A program made the position numbers and the translations under genes. Positions 1-11,915 of a DNA stretch of 64,000 bases are shown here, in pieces (position 1 is the first letter of the stretch; every line of letters begins with the position of its first letter). The notes below the pieces were generated by a model. That model was not told the origin of the DNA. It saw nothing but the letters and a program-made list of their open reading frames with translations, and did not search any database. The DNA is taken from assembly GCA_951406725.2 (NCBI GenBank), contig OX597824.1:59334001-59398000 (forward strand). Reading direction: 5' to 3'. The stretch comes from Octopus vulgaris (taxonomy: Eukaryota).

Positions 1-8
1 AAGAAGCA

Positions 9-145
<137 letters not shown>

Positions 146-385
146 GGGTATTTTGTATGTGCATGAATGTATGTCCAATACAATAAAACATGCACTGGTT
201 GTATTTGACGTCTGCTTTAATAGTTAATTAAGTTAATATTTAATTAATCAATTAAGCAATAATTAATTAACAGCAGCATGGCAGTTCTAAGTTTCAACAA
301 TATCACTTTCATCATGCAATTTCATATCAACAATTTTGCAAAAACAAATACAACTGATATATATATATATGTATGTATCTATGTA

Positions 386-494
<109 letters not shown>

Positions 495-1146
495 GTATAT
501 GTCTAAATGAATATACGTGTCTTTCTGTGTTTATATTTGTTTACTTCTGTGTCTGTCTCGGTGTGTATCTGTATGTCAGATTGTATATGTATGTATGTGT
601 ATTTTGTGTATGTTTGTTATCCTGTGTGATTGTTGCGAGAGTATTTTCGTGTGCGTACCGTATAAAATTTGACTTCCAAAACAATTTTGTCCGTATGCAT
701 ATGTGTGTGTGTCTATATATGCATGTGTGTGTGTATGTTTGTGTACCTCTTCTTCGAAAGCTTCATCAGAACCTCGAATGCGAAGTGCACTTTCCCTAGC
801 CATAGCTCTTTCCATTGCCATCAGCATAAACTTTCTCACTCATAACGCCTGTATGTTCTGAAAATCTAACTTTCCCAAATATAGTGCAGTTCATATTCAA
901 GAGTTAAACGAAGCTATAGGATGTTATCCTGATACTCAACTAAGAGCGCACCACATCTTATAGCAGAAACAGCTGTAAGATAAGGAAGTTCATTACATAA
1001 CATTTTATTTTTCTGGTGTCATCTCTTTGTTTTCTGTCACCACTCTGCACTCATATAGCATTGTGCTCTGGACCATACGTATATTGAGTTATTAGTCTCG
1101 TTATGCCTAAGCGAAATATATATATATATATACATACACATATATA

Positions 1147-1341
1147 GAAAACAAGGACGGGTCATTCGGAGTTTTCTAACGCTAGTCGAGTTCCAGTTTA
1201 TCTTTGCAATTTCGGCTAGTTATACTCGAGATTGCTCCAGGCCAGATTTGAGCAATCTCGAGTATAACCAACCGAAATTGCAAAGATGATCTAGAACTCA
1301 ACTGCTGATAGAAAAACTCCAAATGACCCGTACTTGTTTTC
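1147..1341. repeat. ~195-bp imperfect fold-back inverted repeat next to (TA)n
   Basis: gaaaacaaggacgggtcattcggagtttt...ctcgagattgctc pairs with gagcaatctcgag...aaaactccaaatgacccgtacttgttttc; 12-nt loop 1238-1249. Confidence 0.9.
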
Positions 1342-1462
1342 TTTGTATCGTCTGCCTGGGTATTTTGTTGTCCCTTTTTGTATCACCTGTCTGGATGTTT
1401 TGCATTCTTGTCCCATTTTTTGTATTTTTTACATATAAAATATAGCGGCGTACGACACTTTG

Positions 1463-1528
<66 letters not shown>

Positions 1529-1621
1529 TCTAGCGATTTCATATTACTAGCAGACCGTCTATCTGGAGGAGGCTTCCTCTTGGGGTTGAAAATGGTAGTA
1601 ACATCGGTTCGTACGTAACAG

Positions 1622-1664
<43 letters not shown>

Positions 1665-1777
1665 GCAAAAACAATTAAGATTCAAGTGAATTCCAATGAA
1701 TTCAAATGAATATGGTACTTAACTTAGATGCACCAGAATTCTTTATGGTATTAACCATAAAATAATGTGGGGTGATT

Positions 1778-1980
1778 ATAAGCAAGAAAAAGCAACAAGA
1801 ATGGATTAGTAGTTTAGTACAATTGTTTCATACTAAGAGCACTTTTATTTGAAGTTGTAAATATTGCAGCTAATACATTTGTATTTGCTGCAATATTTGC
1901 AGCTTCAGATAAAAGTACTCTTAGTATGAAACAATTGTACTAAACTACTAATCCATTCTTGTTGCTTTTTTCTTGGTTAT
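1778..1980. repeat. ~200-bp fold-back inverted repeat ending at (TA)n, with decayed HHR half-site
   Basis: agcaacaagaatggattagtagtttagtacaattgtttcatactaagag mirrored by ctcttagtatgaaacaattgtactaaactactaatccattcttgttgct; contains GAAA-caattg-TA. Confidence 0.88.
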
Positions 1981-1981
1981 T

Positions 1982-2033
<52 letters not shown>

Positions 2034-2694
2034 CGTGTATACATATATATATGTATATGTATACATCTATGTATGTATTATGTATGTATGTTTGTATGCT
2101 TTTGCGTGTGTCACGTGTGTTTGCGTGTGCGTATATATGTATATATGCATTCGTATATGCATGCATATAATTTGTCTACATTTGAACTTAAACTTACAAT
2201 TAGCAACATCAACATATTCCTATACCAACATTCTGATATGCACGTATATATCTTATGCATATATGTTATACAAATTTAACAGAATCCATGTTATTTATAA
2301 AGTAAAGGCCAAGGCCTTAGATATGATATATTTTCACAGAGTGTAAATAAATATATAATCACATATTTTATATCATTACTTGGGACATTGCAATAACCTT
2401 AAACTAACAAACATCGGTAAATCACTTTCTCAGATATTCCAGTTTCAACTATACCAAAAGAGATAACACATACGCATCGCTTTCATATCTACTGGTTTAC
2501 ATACATACTTACACGCAACACACATACACTTACATATATACACACACATATATATATGTATTCAAGTATATATGTGTGTGTGTGTGCGTGTGTGTATTTT
2601 TGTGTATATTATATGAGTGTATATATATATATATACATATATATACATATGTATATGCATGAATGTACATATGCAGACATACATGTTCATATAC

Positions 2695-2728
<34 letters not shown>

Positions 2729-2736
<8 letters not shown>

Positions 2737-2779
2737 GCTGACGAGAGGTCAATACCTCGAAACTCGAGTCCGTGTGTAT
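2729..2779 (+). ncRNA. minimal type I hammerhead ribozyme, canonical core
   Basis: stem I atatatacg(2729-37)/cgtgtgtat(2771-79); CTGACGA 2738-44; stem II GAGGT-caat-ACCTC; GAAA 2759-62; palindromic stem III CTCGAG; cleavage triplet GTC ending 2770. Confidence 0.85.
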
Positions 2780-2939
2780 CATAAGTTGAAGACGGGAAGG
2801 ATGACTTCCCTTTGCAAATACTGACAGGACACAGAAAGTGTGTCTATGGCCAGCTGGAGGAGTGTGTCCTCCTGGGGCTAAAAACTACAGTAGCATCCAC
2901 CCTTAGGGGTAGCCATATTGAGATGGCAAATATACGTCA

Positions 2940-2941
<2 letters not shown>
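2736..2941 (+). mobile_element. short non-coding HHR-bearing insert flanked by (TA)n on both sides (PLE pLTR-derived / retrozyme-like)
   Basis: Bounded by (TA)n tracts; alignable by eye to 3111-3310 over its length. Confidence 0.7.
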
Positions 2942-2995
<54 letters not shown>

Positions 2996-2997
<2 letters not shown>

Positions 2998-3370
2998 TGT
3001 AAAGTATAGAAGCCATCTTATCATGGCTAACCACATTGGGGAGGGGGTCTTAGAAAAACTTATATCTGTTTGCAAAGGAGCCTTCACTTCCATCGCTACC
3101 TGGTGGTTGCCGCCCGTTGACGAGGGACAAACATCCCGAAACTAGTTCGAGCGTATCACTCAGGCTTGCGAGGAAGGGATGGCCTCCATTTGCAAACACT
3201 CCAAAGACACAGATATTGTGTTTAGAACCAGCTAGAGACGAAGATCTCTTGGGGCTATAAAGCTACAGTAACAACCCCCTCCCCAATGTGGTTAGCCATG
3301 ATAAGATGGCTTCTATACTTTAGATTATCGAGCGATTACTGTTTCAATCTCATTCTGAGATTTAATTATG
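2996..3370 (+). mobile_element. rod-like fold-back element with apical HHR, flanked by (TA)n
   Basis: Perfect 49-bp inverted repeat 3000-3048/3274-3322; inner imperfect IR ~3068-3096/3168-3197; HHR at apex. Confidence 0.75.
3111..3153 (+). ncRNA. minimal hammerhead ribozyme, U3 core variant
   Basis: cgcccg-TTGACGA-ggga-caaaca-tccc-GAAA-ctag-TT-cgagcg; homologous position to the 2738 motif with different but paired stems. Confidence 0.65.
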
Positions 3371-3603
3371 CTATATATATATATCGTTTGTAGAAAACAT
3401 AACCGGAAAGGCACACTCTAAGAAGTACAACAGTTAATATTATAATGGGGGAGACCAGTTTATGGGGTTACCCTGGGATTTTGAAGAGGTCTCAGGCCAA
3501 AAGGTTTGGGGTCTGACGATACGCCGTAAGGCCAAACCACTGACGAACGAGAAACCCAGAATAAACTGGCCTCTCAATTTATACACAAACACAGACACAC
3601 ACA

Positions 3604-3687
<84 letters not shown>

Positions 3688-3775
3688 GCAAGGAAAAATT
3701 GTAAAAATGCAGAATGCTAAATTGAAAGAAAATTTTTATGAAATGAGAAATTGATAAAATATATAAATATATATT

Positions 3776-3817
3776 TATTCAAACCGGTTTTCGTCATAAT
3801 GTGACTTATCAAGAATA
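3776..3817 (-). ncRNA. minimal hammerhead ribozyme (U3-A8 variant), inverted copy
   Basis: Exact reverse complement of 3926-3967; left arm of IR ~3771-3828/3915-3970. Confidence 0.65.
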
Positions 3818-3925
3818 GTTAGGTAAAATTTTTTTGTACATATTTATTATTATTCTTTTGTAAAAAACAATGCAACTTTCTTTTTTCCCCCTTTCTCATT
3901 TAAAAAAAAATTTTTTTTACCTAAC

Positions 3926-3967
3926 TATTCTTGATAAGTCACATTATGACGAAAACCGGTTTGAATA
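3926..3967 (+). ncRNA. minimal hammerhead ribozyme (U3-A8 variant)
   Basis: tattc-TTGATAA-gtca-catta-tgac-GAAA-accggt-TT-gaata; all three stems pair; palindromic stem III. Confidence 0.65.
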
Positions 3968-4053
<86 letters not shown>

Positions 4054-4099
4054 AAATATTTTGACAAATTATACTTATATAATCGAACGCTTTTGTGTG

Positions 4100-4232
<133 letters not shown>

Positions 4233-4248
4233 TTGCATGTACAGAGTT

Positions 4249-4830
<582 letters not shown>

Positions 4831-5145
4831 TGTATATGTTTACATATACACATGCGGGGAAGGTATCTGTGAGTGTGTATATGTGTATATGTGTGTGTGT
4901 GTGTGTGCGCATGTGTGTGTGCGCGCAAACTCGTATCATATGACTGAAAGTTCACAATTGTTACTTAATGTTTCTCTCTTCAGTGCACATTCGATCATAA
5001 TAATTGTAAAACGTGCAGTTTGATTTTCACAGTAACATTTAGAAAATGTTCATCTTTCTCATTGGCTGGCTGGACAAACAAAATAGTTGGATATTGCTCA
5101 TCGCTACATGTCTGCACACATTCAGTAAACACACAAATATATATA

Positions 5146-5183
<38 letters not shown>

Positions 5184-5663
5184 CCATATGTTTGTTAAAT
5201 ATTCCTAGATTCTCGCTGTGTAAATAAATCCTGTGGTAAGGGTGGGCTTCTGTGGTTAAATCAGGAGTTCTGTTTACACAGTGTGGCTAAATCTATGTTT
5301 AATGAATGAGGTACACGCAAAAATTATTTACATATATTTATGCAGGAGGCTGCGTGTTTATCTGGTAATGAGGCACATGAGAAGTCAACGAAGTACATCT
5401 CAACTCATCCTAATGAAAGTATGTTTTGTTGAAAGGCTCTCTATCAATAATTATGAGAAACTATAATTAATTACCGGCTGCGACGATGAAGTAAAACGAA
5501 GAGGAAATTTCGATATACAACATTAAAGATAAAATATTATTTCTACTTCTTCACTTTAGGTTTCTCTCCGATGTTAAAGTTTATGTCTTCGCTACTCCAA
5601 TTCATGCAACGGATCAGACTATTGCAGTCGTTCATGCTGTATTAGATACCATATATCAATACA

Positions 5664-6069
5664 GACGCCGGCGTGGCTGTGTGGTAAGGAGCTTCCTACC
5701 CAACAATATGGTTCTGGGTTTAGTCTCAATGCAGGACACCTTGAGCAGATGTCTTCTAGCCTCGGAGCGGCCGAAGCGTTGTAAGTGGATTTGGTAATGG
5801 GAAACTGTAAGAAGCCTGCCGTATATATATATATATATGTGCATGTGTGTGTGTGTATGTACATTTTCGCCCCCACCACCGCTTGACAACCGGTGTCGGT
5901 GTGTTTACCTCCACGTAACTTAGCGATTCGGCAAAAATAGACAGTATAAGTACTGAGCTTACAAGAAAAAATGTAAGTACTAGTGTCAATTCATTCACGT
6001 AAAAGTTCTTCAGATTGGTGCCCCAGCATGGCCGCAGTCTAATAACTGAAACAAGTAAAAAGTAAAAGA
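5664..6069 (+). mobile_element. tRNA-derived SINE family 1, full length
   Basis: ggcgtggctgtgtggtaaggagc head, gggtttagtctc B box, internal (TA)/(TG) tract, ccccagcatggccgcagtctaataactgaaacaagtaaaa tail. Confidence 0.85.
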
Positions 6070-6176
6070 TATGTTATCTATCTATATCTGTATCTCTGTC
6101 TCTTACTCTCTGTGCCCTTACATATTATGCATCGGTGTGCGTGTCTCATTGTGTACGTGTGAGCTGTATGAATAAA

Positions 6177-6385
6177 GAAGGCGCATGGCAAAGTGGTTAT
6201 GGTGTCGCACTTAAATCTCAAAATCGTGGTTTCGATTTCGAAACTGGTAGTGTTTTGTGTTCCTCAGCAAAACTCTATGCAGGCCTGCCTGCCTAGTCAG
6301 CGGGGTGACATCATATGAAAACGACAGCAATGCGAAGAAGCACATTGTGACCAGCGACAACATCCGATAGTCTTATTCATACAGT
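6177..6385 (+). mobile_element. tRNA-derived SINE family 2 (degenerate)
   Basis: gaaggcgcatggcaaagtggttatgg head similar to 44112 and to the reverse of 11885-11915. Confidence 0.6.
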
Positions 6386-6397
6386 GATATTGTGACA

Positions 6398-6436
<39 letters not shown>

Positions 6437-6752
6437 GCGATGCTCCAGCACGGTCGGAGTGAACTGACTAAAACAAGTAAAAGAATAAAAGAAATATATA
6501 TATATGTATAGAGACACAGACAAGCAGAAAAAAAAAGGAAAATGCCCCTTGTATCTGAATATTATGGAATTTTTTTTTTTTAATTTTCATTTAATTTTTC
6601 CACAATTTAATTTTTTCCATATCTAGAGTTGAAAAAGTCTCAATGATGTAACCGGTACTAAAATGTTTCTCATAATAAAATTATTTTAGCATTTTCTACC
6701 TTGACTTATTTTCCGTATACATATCAACACATGTGTTCCTTTTCAACCTTCT

Positions 6753-6810
<58 letters not shown>

Positions 6811-7609
6811 TGGAAAAAATAATGAACAGGCAGAACAGGTCGTATCACTTCAGAGTATGGAATTTATAAATCAAACATAATTAGAGTTGTTAGAGTAAAT
6901 AAGATATTAAGCAGATGTGCATAAAGTCTCATACAGCTGTTTCTAGAATAGTTGTGCATTATGGTGCATATTGCATTAAGCAAAGATGTCCATATAAAAG
7001 TTAACTACACAATCTTCAGAGAGGAAGAATTAAGAAATATCTTTTATTGCATACAACCTTGTTTTTACAGAAGTCGCAGAGAGAGAGAGAGAGAGAGTGA
7101 GTGAGGTGGGGCGAAAGAGAGGGAAAGTGCGTGTGTGTTTTTGCATGTGTGTGTGTGTGCACGCGCGTGTTTACGTGTGTGTGTGCTTGTTGCAAGCTCA
7201 GTGAGTGGTTGCTACTTATTTTTCTATATATTGGTGGCTGGAGCGAACTACTGCTAACTCTAGCGGATGGGTTGGTGGTCTCGGCATCGTTGCTAGATAG
7301 TAGGGGTTCGCTCCCCTTCTTGCAATATATATCGAGTGGAGGATGTGTCGTCATGGGGTTAAAAATGGTAGCAACGTCGGTTCCTACGGAACAGCCATGT
7401 TGAAGTGACGATAAACATTACTTCTTAAAATAACTCTTTCTTAAAAATTTAATAAATTCTTTTACTCACTCCTTCACAAATTAATTCTACCATAGACAGA
7501 ACATAAAGTTATGCAAATATGAAATTTCATAGGAATTTTCTGTAAAAACCCGGAAGAATATCTGGACATGCATGCATGTGCGTGAGTGTGCGCGTGTGTG
7601 TTTGTGTGT

Positions 7610-7660
<51 letters not shown>

Positions 7661-7794
7661 GCCCCTGTTTGTGTGTGTAGGTATGCAAGCCTTCATTATC
7701 TATTTATTTATTAGGATGTCTGTATGTATGTATGTATGTATGTATGTATGTATGTATGTATGTATGTATGTATGTATGCATGCATGTATGTATG

Positions 7795-10047
7795 TTCTCT
7801 TTCTCTTTTAATTCTAGAGTAGATCTTGACCGGCCTTCTACTCGGTAGCAAAGTTGTGAAGGAAAGTAACTTTTTTTAACCACTACCTTTTAAATCTTAA
7901 ATCTTAAGAAGGTCTTGCAGATTTTTATAGTCCCAGATATCATGATTATTTGTAGCATATGAATTAAGGATTTCCATTCTCACCCCAAGATCCCAAGTTC
8001 AGTAATACTTTGATCCAGATGGGTTGCTATGAATCTTGTTGCTCTAATAATGATAGGTGTGAAGCTGAAAGTGTTTCTTGGGTACCGAATCTGCAAACTC
8101 TTTAATTAACGTTCAATAGATGTCTTCTTTCCCTTGTATGTATGTATGAACTTGAGAAAAGTCTTGCATATTTTTACTGTTCCAGTCACAGATTGCACTT
8201 GTAATGTATGAATCAGCCAGTCAATTTCTCTTTCTAAAAGTCCCAGTTTAACCAGATTCTCCAAGCAGTTGTCCATATATATCCTCTTTTCCTTTGATTT
8301 TCAAAGAGATATTTATATATGCAGGAGAGCTAACCCCTTTGATGGTACATACCTTGCCACTCTGTCCTAAACAACAATATCCGGTCTGTTATGCTTACAT
8401 TTGGCAGAGGTTTTTATGGGAATATTCCGCCAGTATTCCTTCAGTTGGTGTTTATGAAAGTATTCCATAACAGAGGGATTTTCTAACTTTATTTCAGGAA
8501 ATCTTTTTTGCGGAGTGCATTGTAAATTGTGTTAGCAAAAATATCGTGCCGCATAAGGAGGTAGTACCGTGACGACATTTTATGACAGCTGCTAATTACA
8601 TGCGTAATGTCTTCCACAGAAACATGACATAGCCTACTCATGCGGTTTTGCACCTTTGGATTACAACAGCATCACTGTCTCTCTTGTTCACAACGCATTT
8701 TGTGGAAATCTCCTGTTCCTGGATTGCAAACGCATAGCCTTCAAAGTGTGATGTGATGTAGTGTCTTATGTCCATGAGAGGCTGCGCTTCGTGTCAATTC
8801 TACTGTCTTCTCCAAGCTTCCGGGCAACATACCAATGCATGGTCTTTTATTTTTTTTTTCTATGCTGAGTGCTTTCCATCCTGGTCTTCTCTGAGGTAAG
8901 AGAGCCTAGCTGCTTTGGGGCTGTATAGGAGATCATCGTACAATGTTGCTCACTTTACTTTTCAGCACTGCATTAATATATTTAGTTTTGCTTCTGTTGT
9001 TTAGCAGGTGCAGCCTGGGTGATACCATAGGGCATTCGAAGGCCGTCTGCACTGATTTTCGGCCTCTACCACCTTCATTTCTTCTTAGGTAGAGCCTGTC
9101 AATATCACTGTTTCTGTGGAAGTTCCCAGTTGCTGTCAAGATTTTGCGGGTTTTGATATCTATGGAGTGGATTTCGTCTACAGACCAATCAAGTATCCCA
9201 AATATTGAGATCAGCACTGGTACTGCAAATTCATTATGAGATATTGTTTTGTTATAAGAGGAGAGTTCCGACTGCCATATTTTCCTAAGTCTAGTATAAT
9301 ATTCTCGGGTCATTCTATCTTTATTTACAGTGCCTTCATATGATACATTTTCGTCTATGCCTAAGTACTTGTAACATTCTGTGTGTGGAATGGGGGAGAT
9401 AGAGAGACCGTTGATGCACAGGTTTTCGTTTGAGGGACTGACTTCCTTCGTTCTATAAACAAATATGAACATTTTTTTTGGGGGGGGGGGAAATTTCATG
9501 CCTATATCAGCTGAAAATGTTGTTATTAATTGTTGTTTTTTGACATTGTTAGCACTTTTAGCATAAATCTTCAGTTCGTCTACAAAGAAATTATGAGTTA
9601 CATTGATATTTGTAGCAGTTGAAGATCCTAGCATGTAACCAGCTGTTTTCTGCTGTAGGAACGATAATGGATTCAATGCCAAAACGAAAAGAAGTGCAGA
9701 AAGACTAACTCCCTGGAATATTCCCTTTGTAATGCCTATACTATTAAAAACAATTATTCCGTTCTCAGTTTTAAAGGTAAGAATAGTTGCCGATGTCTTT
9801 GTGAGTCTCTCAATAGCAATAATTCAGGTAGTAGGTACATTTGCGAGTTGTAGGCACTTCAACAGCCGTGAATGAAGGATAGAGTTGAATGCCTTCTTAT
9901 AGTCAAACCATACTGTCACAAGGTTTCTGCGCAGTTTTCTTAGTTCAGACAGTACATATTTGTTTATTAAAAGTTGTTCGACACATCCCCACACTCCATT
10001 CTTTCCACCAGCCTATACATCAGATACAATGTTGTTCGACTTACAAT
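7795..10047 (-). mobile_element. 5'-truncated R4/Dong-like RLE non-LTR retrotransposon (decayed), flanked by (CATA)n on both sides
   Basis: Minus-strand motifs WFDYKKAFNS, GIFQGVSLS, FFVDELKIY, YKYLG, DIDRLYLRRNEGGRG, CRLCH..ITHVISSC..RHD, HNRPDIVV; frameshifts and stops. Confidence 0.9.
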
Positions 10048-10136
10048 GGATGTACGTACGTACGTATGTATGTATGTATGTATGTATGTATGTATGTATG
10101 TATGTATGTATGTATGTATGTATGTATGTATGTATG

Positions 10137-10170
<34 letters not shown>

Positions 10171-10523
10171 TGTATGTATGTATGCATACATAACTATAAA
10201 CGTTATTGGTAAACGTGCATGACTTGGTTGAAAGTACCCAACCTTTGCTAACTAATTTGATGTCAAAGAAGTCATGAGCAGACATAGACATCCAATCTCT
10301 TGACCATCCCGCCCTTGAGCAAGTGGATTATCTATTATGTAATAGCGGGTTGGAAAGAGAGCTGGCCCAACTCTGGACTGAGACATTTTTACTTCCACCG
10401 AAAGAATGAAAGGCAAAATGGGGCTCAAAGAGCTTGGTCAAAACAAATATCGTAAAGTATTCTAGTCGACAATCGGTCACTCTATATTATACCTTTATCT
10501 ATAATGTGTGTATGTGTTTGTGA

Positions 10524-10561
<38 letters not shown>

Positions 10562-10669
10562 ATATCTATATATATATATATATATATCTATCTATCTATC
10601 TATTTATCTATCTACCTATCTGTCCGTCAATATCCATATGTATATGTGCGCGTGTGTGTGCGTGTGTGT

Positions 10670-11520
10670 GTAGCGTATTCAGGCTTAATTAGACAATTTT
10701 TTGTTTCCCTGTTCAGGAAAAGCTTAACGTATTGGTGAGCAGCCAGCGGCACTAGATTGCATGAAGCTGTAGTCGAGAAAAAGTTAGCTTACATGGAGGA
10801 CCGGAAGCCAAATGAATATTGGAAAAGAGTCACCTGTATCATGATGATTCGCGCCAGGTATCATGACCGCTGATTCTGACTACTGTCCTGACAGCTGTTC
10901 AACGCTCTGTGAAAGGCCGTAAGACGTGACATGGACTTCATGGAAACCAAGACGTCCTTAACTGTCATAGTCTCTGGATGTTTCTCCAGTGAGGGTGATA
11001 TTATGCTACCCAACAACTTTGAATAGGGCCTTAGGCTTAATTCTGACGGCTATGTGAAGAATGTGGTCAAATCTTTGATGGAGAGTAGCATCTGCATTTG
11101 GTCCCTTGCCATAACCCCGGAAAAAGTTAGAAGTGATTGTCGGAGAATTTTTACTACTTCACCAGCCCCAATTTCTGACTTTCAAATTTTCCCGTTCGCA
11201 ATCCCATGGATTACCATGTATGGAGTGCGGTTGAGAAAGACATTGTTCTCCCTGTAACGCCAAGTTCTCCCTGGTGGCCAAGATCACGAAGGTGTTCGAA
11301 GATCTTCTCAGGGTCAGTGCGGGATGTATGCGCCAAGTTCCAGAGCCTTCTTGAGGCTGTAGTGGAAGTTGATGGTAGCTACTTTGAGAAAACTGTTATC
11401 CCCCAGCCATCGTCCAGTTGATGTTTTGGATTTTTAAAAAGATAATCTTAATTTTGGATGGGATATTATGTTTTCTTTTCTGTTTGTGCAAACTGTCAAA
11501 TTCAGTCCGAGCACCTTGTA
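10670..11520 (+). mobile_element. Tc1/mariner maT (DD37D-like) transposon relic
   Basis: C-terminal remnant (..PMDYHVWSAVEK...VRDVCAKFQSLLEAVVEVDGSYFE); 3' end aaactgtcaaattcagtccgagcaccttg-ta; 5' end aligns with 44286-44357. Confidence 0.75.
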
Positions 11521-11604
11521 TATATATAAAGAGAGAGAAAGAGAAAAGAAAACATGTATATGTATATATACACACATGCATATATACACACACAGAAACA
11601 CGAC

Positions 11605-11915
11605 CACATATAAAAGGTAAAGAACCCCCTTCGGTCATAATTAACCATGGGATTGCAACTACAAAGTTACCCTTCGAGGCACAAGTCCTAGCAAGGTTCT
11701 TGATGGAAGACCAGTATTCGCCTCCTCTCTCTATGCCATCGATGTCTTCCAAGGGAAAGTCAAAGGCCGATACAGCTTGGCACCAGTGACGTCGCGACTC
11801 ATTTCTACAGCTGAGTGAACTGGAGCAACGTGAAATAAAGTGTCTTGCTCAAGAACAGACTCACTACCTCATGATTGTGATCCCGATGCTCTAACCACTG
11901 AGTCACGTGCCTTCA
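11605..11915 (-). mobile_element. tRNA-derived SINE family 2
   Basis: Reverse reads gaaggcacgtgactcagtggttagagcatcgg...cttgagcaagacactttatttcacgttgctccagttcactcagctgtagaaatgagt. Confidence 0.8.

Noticed and set aside
6618-6662. Hammerhead at ttgaaaaagtctcaatgatgtaaccggtacta
   Set aside because: GAAA is replaced by GTAA and stems I/II are weak; too degenerate to call.
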